Of a stretch of 32,000 nucleotides of DNA, positions 18,847-25,036 are shown piece by piece (within the stretch, counting starts at the first letter, position 1; every line of letters begins with the position of its first letter). Both the position numbers and the translations under genes were made by a program. Source of the DNA: Candidatus Thorarchaeota archaeon (GTDB taxonomy: Archaea > Asgardarchaeota > Thorarchaeia > Thorarchaeales > Thorarchaeaceae); the NCBI GenBank assembly GCA_008080745.1, contig SHMX01000004.1, positions 150,001 to 182,000 of the forward strand. Direction: 5' to 3'. The notes beneath the pieces were generated by a model. That model was not told the origin of the DNA and ran no database searches. It saw nothing but the letters and a program-made list of their open reading frames with translations.

Positions 18847-19806
18847 TTACGGAGCCATTGTGATTTCAAGAGCGTTGACCAACTCTTTGTATCGGTTTCG
18901 TACGGTTACCTCAGTAACTCCCGCACATGAAGCAATTTCTCTCTGAGTTATCCGGCTGTCAACCAGTATCGAAGCAATGTAAATGGCTGCTGCCGCGAGA
19001 CCCCGAGGATCTCTACCGGTAATCAGCCCTCTTTCTTGCTTTGCCATGTCTATGATTTCTATAGCTTTTGCTTGAACTTCTCCAGGTAGGCCAAGTTCAG
19101 TTATGAAGCGAGGTATGTAGTTTGTGGGTTCAGAGATAGGCATCTTCAGTTTGAGTTTCATTACTAACATACGATAATGAGCACCCATTTTCTTCTTTGA
19201 TACCCTGCTGTGTCGTGCAATCTCCTCAAGTGATCGAGGTGTTTCACGAAGTCGGCATGCAGCATAAATTGATGCTCCGACGGTTGCATCAATAGACCTA
19301 CTCTTAGCAAGTCGTTTGACAATCAGCTTTCGGTATAATAGAGCTGCAAGCTCCTTGATACTCTTGGTCAATCCGAGCTGAGATGCCAGTCTGTCCAGTT
19401 CAGTCATAGCCTGAGCTAGATTTCTGTCCATTGAGCTATGCACACGTGTGCGTATCTGCCACTTACGTAGCCTTGCGATTTGAGCGCGCTGTCGTGACGA
19501 GAATTGTCTACCTGACGAATCTCTATCCCGCCAGTCTATCATTGTTGAGAGTCCCTTGTCATGGATTGTATACGAGCTAGGTGCTCCTGTCCTAGCACGT
19601 GATTCACGCTCTTCTGCTGTGAACGCTCGCCATTCGGGACCCGAGTCGATCCGATGATCAACTAACACGAGACCACAAGTCGCACAGATTGTTTCGCCTT
19701 TGGCACTGTCGAGAACCATATCGGTTCCTCCACATTCCTGGCATGTAATCTGCCCTGAGTTGTTTTCTGTGTGTCTTTCCATTCTTGAATTGGTTTTGGT
19801 GGCCAT
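18847..19806 (-). CDS. tfb: Transcription initiation factor IIB (TFB), paralog 2
   Basis: Zn ribbon CQEC...CATC, B-reader GPEWRAF, two cyclin repeats, C-terminal HTH AGVTEVTVRNRYKEL. AGGAG SD upstream. Confidence 0.97.
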   Translation of the reverse strand: MATKTNSRMERHTENNSGQITCQECGGTDMVLDSAKGETICATCGLVLVDHRIDSGPEWRAFTAEERESRARTGAPSSYTIHDKGLSTMIDWRDRDSSGRQFSSRQRAQIARLRKWQIRTRVHSSMDRNLAQAMTELDRLASQLGLTKSIKELAALLYRKLIVKRLAKSRSIDATVGASIYAACRLRETPRSLEEIARHSRVSKKKMGAHYRMLVMKLKLKMPISEPTNYIPRFITELGLPGEVQAKAIEIIDMAKQERGLITGRDPRGLAAAAIYIASILVDSRITQREIASCAGVTEVTVRNRYKELVNALEITMAP

Positions 19807-19898
19807 ATTGTTTTAGTCTCTCTCCTATTTCTTGAGCTCTTTCGATATGACCCATTAGGGGGCTTCATCAAAGAGCCTTAGCAGGGCTTCCAGACACA

Positions 19899-20852
19899 TT
19901 ATGGTGCCATTGTTATGCCCAGCTTTTTCACTAGTTCTTTGTAGCGATTTCTCACTGTTACTTCTGTCACGCCTGCAGCCATGGCAATATCGCGTTGTGT
20001 GACACGATGGTCCATGAGAATCGAAGCAATGTAGATGGCGGCTGCTGCAAGACCTCGAGGGTCTCTACCCGTGACAAGACTGCGTTGTTCTTTAGCTTGC
20101 TCGAGGATTTCCAATACCTTTTGCTGCACAATTCCCGGAAGCTTCAATTGAGTTATGAAGCGGGGTACATAGTTTGCAGGATCAGATATCGGCATCTTAA
20201 GTTTGAGTTTCATTACTAGTAATCGGTAATGCTGACCGATTTTCTTCTTTGATACTCTGCTGTGTCGAGATATCTCCTCAAGTGATCGAGGAGCTTCTCT
20301 GAGTCTGCAAGCTGCGTATATAGCAGCCCCGACCATTGCGTCGATGGATCTACTTCGAACCAGCCTTCTCACAATGAGTTTTCGATATAACAACGCAGCT
20401 AATTCCTTAATACTTCGATTAAGTCCAAGCTGGGATGTCAGTCTATCGAGTTCGGACATAGCTTGAGCTAGGTTCCTATCAACAGAGCTGTGAACTCTTG
20501 TTCGAATTTGCCATTTTCGAAGTCTGTAAATCTCTGAACGTTTCTTAGCAGAGAATCGTCTACCTGACGAGTCATGGTCACGCCAGTCAATCATGGTTGA
20601 GAGGCCTTTATCGTGAATTGCATAATTCGTTGGCGCTCCTGTTCTAGATCTGGCATCTCGTTCGTCTGAAGTGAATGCTCTCCACTCAGGACCTGTATCG
20701 ATGCGATGATCTGAAATTACAAGACCGCATGAGGCGCATATTCTTTCGCCTTTCTCCAAGTCTTGAACAACTTCCCTGCCTCCACATTCAGGACAGGTAA
20801 AGCCACTAGACTTCTTTCGGTCTGCTTTCTTTGCTGGGTCGCTTCTTGACAT
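19899..20852 (-). CDS. tfb: Transcription initiation factor IIB (TFB), paralog 1
   Basis: Zn ribbon CPEC...CASC, GPEWRAF, cyclin repeats, AGVTEVTVRNRYKEL. GAGGTG SD supports ATG 20852 over GTG 20861. Confidence 0.97.
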   Translation of the reverse strand: MSRSDPAKKADRKKSSGFTCPECGGREVVQDLEKGERICASCGLVISDHRIDTGPEWRAFTSDERDARSRTGAPTNYAIHDKGLSTMIDWRDHDSSGRRFSAKKRSEIYRLRKWQIRTRVHSSVDRNLAQAMSELDRLTSQLGLNRSIKELAALLYRKLIVRRLVRSRSIDAMVGAAIYAACRLREAPRSLEEISRHSRVSKKKIGQHYRLLVMKLKLKMPISDPANYVPRFITQLKLPGIVQQKVLEILEQAKEQRSLVTGRDPRGLAAAAIYIASILMDHRVTQRDIAMAAGVTEVTVRNRYKELVKKLGITMAP

Positions 20853-20980
20853 TACTGACACCTCTCATAATGTGACTGGTCCTTTGTCTATCTAGACAAT
20901 TCAGACATGCGTTTCTCTCTCAAAAGAGTGAAAAAACACTCAAAACGCGCGCCAAAAGACCCCGTCAGATTCCGCTACAC

Positions 20981-21017
20981 TTATATACTTGAAAGTTTTC
21001 TCTTATAAATGTTTCGG
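20981..21017 (-). promoter_or_regulatory. Putative BRE-TATA promoter of the tfb pair
   Basis: Minus strand reads CCGAAAC-ATTTATAA (21017-21003), i.e. a purine-rich BRE-like element adjacent to a TATA box. A second TATATAA lies at 20987-20981. Confidence 0.5.
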
Positions 21018-21144
21018 TATTAATTTGACGAGTGGTTCCTTAACTAAGCAATTTTCCCCCATGATTGCTATGTGACATTTTGATTTAAAACTTACGGAAA
21101 GCAGGATTATACACATATCTGTACATCCAAGATGGAAAACCGAT

Positions 21145-21597
21145 TTACAGCCCACTACATTGTTCTGGGAATTTCCCTGATTCTTGGAATTCCTTGAAAC
21201 AACTTAGCCACTTTGGCATTCTCGGTCCCTCTCTCATGAATTTCAGAAATTCAGTCAGACAAGCAATAGTTTCTCTATGAGCTACATGTTCAATTTCGCA
21301 AGCATCGAGATTTGCTATCTCATCACCAATACCCAGGAGTAAGAGGAAATCATAAAGCACCTGAAAACGTTCCTGGATTTTTGAGGCGACTCTAAATCCC
21401 TTTTCTGTAAGATGCACTTCTTGATATGGTTGGTAGTCCACTAGTCCCAGTTTTCGGAGTCTCTGAAGTGCAGTAGTAACGCTTGGTGCCTTGACATTCA
21501 TTGTTTCAGCGATATCACTGACACCAACCGATCCTCTCTCAGTTTCGATGGTATATATTGTCTTAAGATAGTCTTCTAGAGCTTTGGTCATTTCCAT
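21145..21597 (-). CDS. DtxR/MntR-family metal-dependent transcriptional repressor (no C-terminal SH3/FeoA domain)
   Basis: LEDYLKTIY, wHTH VSDIAETMNVKAPSVTTALQRL, LTEKG, ACEIEH metal-site motif. ATG immediately follows the feoC stop. Confidence 0.93.
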   Translation of the reverse strand: MEMTKALEDYLKTIYTIETERGSVGVSDIAETMNVKAPSVTTALQRLRKLGLVDYQPYQEVHLTEKGFRVASKIQERFQVLYDFLLLLGIGDEIANLDACEIEHVAHRETIACLTEFLKFMREGPRMPKWLSCFKEFQESGKFPEQCSGL

Positions 21598-21873
21598 TTA
21601 TTGTGCCCTCCTTATCCATTTCAACCCTTTCTCAGTCACAGAAAAAGAAGCACCTTGCATAGTTGTCATTTCTGCACAACCCCTCCTTTGGGGACATGAG
21701 CTACAGGTTCCCTGTTCTTGAATGTTACAGGTGTTACTTCTGAGGTATCCCTTATTAACTAACATTTGTAGCATATCATGAAGAGTTTCAATTTGGACTC
21801 CTAGTTTTTTAGCTAATTCTCTATTAGTCACTAATTCTTCATCTACTATGACTCTGAGTATTTCTCGTAACAT
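21598..21873 (-). CDS. feoC: FeoC-like winged-helix protein with Cys cluster
   Basis: wHTH (RELAKKLGVQIETLHDMLQMLVNKGYL) followed by C-x7-C-x2-C-x5-C; located in the feo operon. Confidence 0.75.
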   Translation of the reverse strand: MLREILRVIVDEELVTNRELAKKLGVQIETLHDMLQMLVNKGYLRSNTCNIQEQGTCSSCPQRRGCAEMTTMQGASFSVTEKGLKWIRRAQ

Positions 21874-22320
21874 CTAAGTTTCCTCCTTGTGTCTTGTTTT
21901 CAATGGATCAAACGTTTTGGCATAGATGAGTAATACCATTGCAAATGGGAATAACCAAATGGATGGAGTAATGTCCTGCCAAATCGTCCAGCCACTCCAA
22001 TCCTCAAGTTGTAAAAACCATCCAAGTGCATTTGTACCAATTACAATTATCTGAAGAATGAAAATCAGACCTGCAAGAATACTACCTACTAATACAAACG
22101 CATAACCTTCCTCTAGCTTAATTCTCATATGATTTATCCCAGTCAGATAGACCGCACCAACTACAAGAAGCAAAAGTGCTTGAATAGGGTCCAGAGGTAT
22201 ACCGAATACCGGATACTGAATAACAAACAGTATCTCTTGTATAGTCCCAACAACAATATAGAGAAGTCCAATGATTGCTGTTAATAGGGTAAGTCTGTAT
22301 CCATTTCCATTATCCAACAA
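21874..22320 (-). CDS. Hypothetical 3-4 TM membrane protein within the feo operon
   Basis: AGGAGG SD before the TTG start; overlaps the feoB(C) end and abuts the feoC start; strongly hydrophobic. Confidence 0.75.
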   Translation of the reverse strand: MLDNGNGYRLTLLTAIIGLLYIVVGTIQEILFVIQYPVFGIPLDPIQALLLLVVGAVYLTGINHMRIKLEEGYAFVLVGSILAGLIFILQIIVIGTNALGWFLQLEDWSGWTIWQDITPSIWLFPFAMVLLIYAKTFDPLKTRHKEET

Positions 22321-23629
22321 AGATCCCTCCTAAGAAAACCACCAATCCTGCCATTAGATATGCTAATACCATCTGATATGAAATAGTGAGTGCAGTCCAT
22401 TTCCACGAGTCGGTTTCGCTTCTAATTGCACCAATAGTTGCGATGCATGGGACATAGAGGAGGACAAAGACCATCAGGGCTAAAGCTGTTACCGGAGAAA
22501 TATTTGCCAACAAAGAGGCGGCAATAGCAGTTTCACTCTGAACTGAGTAGATGATAGCCAATGATTGTACAACTGCTTCTTTAGCCATGAATCCAAAAAT
22601 CAGGGCGACTACTATTCTCCAATCAAATCCTAATGGTGCAAATAGTGGCTGAACAAATTGACCTACAATACTGACAAATGATTCTTGAATCGGCACCCCG
22701 AATCCATTTGGTCCAAATGAAGAAAGTACCCAAATCACAATGCTTCCCGCTAGAAGATACGTTCCTGCCTGTCTAAGGAAAAGAACTCCTCTCTCCCACA
22801 TATGATGTACTGCTCCGTGAAGGGTGGGAACTTGATACATTGAGAGTTCCATGAGCAAAGGTGAGGTCTCTTCTTCAAAGAGGGTTTTCTTGAATATTGA
22901 CGCCATTATAATTGCCATTACGATACCTAGAATATACATCAGAAACACTATAGTTCCAGCTATTGTGGGGAAGAATATTCCTGCAATCAGGACATAGAGG
23001 GGCAAACGGCCTGCACAAGACATCAAGGGACTGACCAGTATTGTTGTGTACCTATTAGCTCTTCCCTCAACCGTTCTTGCTGCCATAACTGCTGCTACAC
23101 TGCATCCAAATCCCAGTAGTAATGGGATAAATGAGCGGCCATGTAATCCCATCTTTACCATCATTCGATCCATTACAAAAGCTGCTCTGGAAAGATATCC
23201 GGTATCCTCTAATATTGATATTGCTAGGTAGAGAAAGAATACAGGAGGGACGAAAGAGAGAATGAATCCAACTCCTGCAATAATTCCATTGCTTAGTAAT
23301 GATGCCAACCAAGGAATTGGAATCTGACTTACCAAATCCCCTAACCAATTAAATGAATTCTGAATAATAACCATGAATACAACGGATGCCTGAAAGGTGA
23401 AGTGGAACATTGCCCACATTATCACCAAGAAAATTGGTATTCCAAGATATTTGTGTAAGAATACCTTATCTAACATATCACTAAGGGTCCATTTCTCCTT
23501 ACCTGGTTCATATGCTTCACATAGAATATCTCCGATTATTCGATATCGCTCGTCAGCCAAAATTATCTGGTTGTCTGAATCGTCAATGAAATCCTCCTCC
23601 AACTCAGTGCTCTGCTCATAGCTAGTCAT
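22310..23629 (-). CDS. feoB: Ferrous iron transporter FeoB, membrane (C-terminal) half
   Basis: LDKVFLHKYLGIPIF, EDTGYLSRAAFVMDR, GRSFIPLLLGFGCS, PLMSCAGR, LYVPCIAT are FeoB gate/core motifs. ATG 23629 overlaps the feoB(N) stop (ATGA) with a GAGGTG SD. The track's 23722 start is rejected. Confidence 0.93.
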   Translation of the reverse strand: MTSYEQSTELEEDFIDDSDNQIILADERYRIIGDILCEAYEPGKEKWTLSDMLDKVFLHKYLGIPIFLVIMWAMFHFTFQASVVFMVIIQNSFNWLGDLVSQIPIPWLASLLSNGIIAGVGFILSFVPPVFFLYLAISILEDTGYLSRAAFVMDRMMVKMGLHGRSFIPLLLGFGCSVAAVMAARTVEGRANRYTTILVSPLMSCAGRLPLYVLIAGIFFPTIAGTIVFLMYILGIVMAIIMASIFKKTLFEEETSPLLMELSMYQVPTLHGAVHHMWERGVLFLRQAGTYLLAGSIVIWVLSSFGPNGFGVPIQESFVSIVGQFVQPLFAPLGFDWRIVVALIFGFMAKEAVVQSLAIIYSVQSETAIAASLLANISPVTALALMVFVLLYVPCIATIGAIRSETDSWKWTALTISYQMVLAYLMAGLVVFLGGIFVG

Positions 23630-24435
23630 AGTACCACCTCTAATAATTTGGTCTTGAGAGCAGGATCCTGAATCATCGAGAGGATATCGGGGTCTCGTTC
23701 TAATATTCGCAAGGCAAGCCATCTTGGGGGAAATCTATCCAAGATTTCCCTATCTTCTTCTTCCAACATTCCAACAATTATCTTTAGCTTTCTTTCAATT
23801 GAGGTGTCGTATTTGATGGATGGTGGTTTCAATCTTTCATATTGACCATGATGGTGATATTTGGGATGGTAGTGTAGGTGGTCATCAGATTCACCATCAC
23901 CCGGGGGATGTATTGCCCCTGAACCATCACGCTCAAGAATCTCAACCGGTACTGCTTGGAGAATTGTTTTCTTCAACTCTTCCATTCCTTTCTTCTTGGT
24001 CGCTGTGGTTGTGACTACTGGTGCTTTGAGTATCTTAGAAAGTTTATCCGCATCAATCCTGTCTCCCTTTGCTTGGACTACATCTTGCATATTCAAAACT
24101 ACCACAAGATTGACTTGATATTCAATGAGAAGCAATGTAAGGTAGAGGTTTCGTTCTAGTTGACCTGCATTTACAATATCCACCACTACATCTGGTCTAT
24201 GGTCGATGAGATACTCTCTAGCAACCCTCTCATCATCAGAGAGTGCATTAAGACTATAAACACCGGGGAGATCAACAACCTCAAATTCGTATCCTTTGTA
24301 TACGTAATATCCTTCTTTCTTTTCTACCGTTTTTCCCGGCCAATTCCCAGTATGTTGACGCGAACCTGTTAGATTGTTGAAGATAACTGATTTCCCAACG
24401 TTTGGATTACCTATTAGTGCAACTTTAATCTTCAT
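23626..24435 (-). CDS. feoB: FeoB N-terminal GTPase plus partial helical (GDI) domain
   Basis: G1 GNPNVGKS, G2 GNWPGKTV, G3 DLPG, G4 NMQD; RWLALRILE helical-domain motif; His-rich linker. Confidence 0.93.
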   Translation of the reverse strand: MKIKVALIGNPNVGKSVIFNNLTGSRQHTGNWPGKTVEKKEGYYVYKGYEFEVVDLPGVYSLNALSDDERVAREYLIDHRPDVVVDIVNAGQLERNLYLTLLLIEYQVNLVVVLNMQDVVQAKGDRIDADKLSKILKAPVVTTTATKKKGMEELKKTILQAVPVEILERDGSGAIHPPGDGESDDHLHYHPKYHHHGQYERLKPPSIKYDTSIERKLKIIVGMLEEEDREILDRFPPRWLALRILERDPDILSMIQDPALKTKLLEVVL

Positions 24436-24441
24436 ACAGTC

Positions 24442-24807
24442 TCACCTACAGCTCTTTACGAGTAACCTTCTTGCGAGTTTCTGACCAAGAGCTATTCTTG
24501 TCCCTCTGACTTCTACTAAAACAGGACCACTTGTTCCTCCATGCACAACCTCAAAGGAACAACCTTTAGTCAATCCAAGATCTAGTAATCTCTGCATAAT
24601 CTGTCTATCTTCTTGATCTGTAATGCTTTTGTGCGGACAAGGTTCTTCCCTCCCATGTCGTCTACCAAATCCTCTCTTTCTTCTATGATGTCGAAATGGA
24701 TGTCTTCTACCTGGAAGGCTTTCAATTCCAACCAATTGACATTCTTTTCCAGATGGTACTTGTGTTAGTGGTTTTATTTCTGATTTTTCTGTCCCTTTCA
24801 CGTCCAA
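24442..24807 (-). CDS. feoA: FeoA-family SH3-like protein with Arg/His-rich insertion
   Basis: RLLDLGLTKG..FEVV...GPVLVEVRGTRIALG is the FeoA signature. GGAGGT SD before TTG. Confidence 0.9.
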   Translation of the reverse strand: MDVKGTEKSEIKPLTQVPSGKECQLVGIESLPGRRHPFRHHRRKRGFGRRHGREEPCPHKSITDQEDRQIMQRLLDLGLTKGCSFEVVHGGTSGPVLVEVRGTRIALGQKLARRLLVKSCR

Positions 24808-24852
24808 ATAATCAACCTCCCTTTTGGTCTGGACTTGCGTGTGACAGACGCA

Positions 24853-24892
24853 AAATGTTAGACTAGTCTAACATTTGTTAGCTTAATCTAAC
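24853..24892. promoter_or_regulatory. Two tandem DtxR-type operators (GTTAG-N6-CTAAC)
   Basis: Perfect 24-bp palindrome AAATGTTAGACTAGTCTAACATTT (24853-24876) and a second GTTAGCTTAATCTAAC (24877-24892), offset by 20 bp. TTAG-N6-CTAA is contained in the DtxR/IdeR consensus. Confidence 0.75.
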
Positions 24893-24900
24893 TTATAAAA
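24893..24900 (-). promoter_or_regulatory. Putative TATA box of the feo operon
   Basis: Minus strand TTTTATAA lies directly upstream of the operators and ~90 nt upstream of feoA. Confidence 0.5.
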
Positions 24901-25036
24901 CTTATTACATAGGTCAATTCTAATATCCCACAATCAATTCAAGGATAGATAATATTGATATGGTTTTAATCCTGAGAATGAACCGGATTAGATACGCTCT
25001 GATTCTCTATATCCTATATTTAGGAGAAGGTTTCAA

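Noticed and set aside
19807-19898. Weak stem (GCTCTTT/AAAGAGC) between the two tfb genes, and GAGTG-N6-CACTC (20926-20941) in the tfb leader
   Set aside because: Short stems expected by chance; no supporting conservation available.
23626-23629. feoB as a frameshifted pseudogene
   Set aside because: Both halves keep all signature motifs and the junction has SD plus ATGA coupling. A sequencing indel cannot be fully excluded without reads.
23630-23722. Longer start for the feoB membrane half given by the ORF track
   Set aside because: It would overlap feoB(N) by ~97 nt with a non-homologous peptide. ATG 23629 has an SD and an ATGA overlap.
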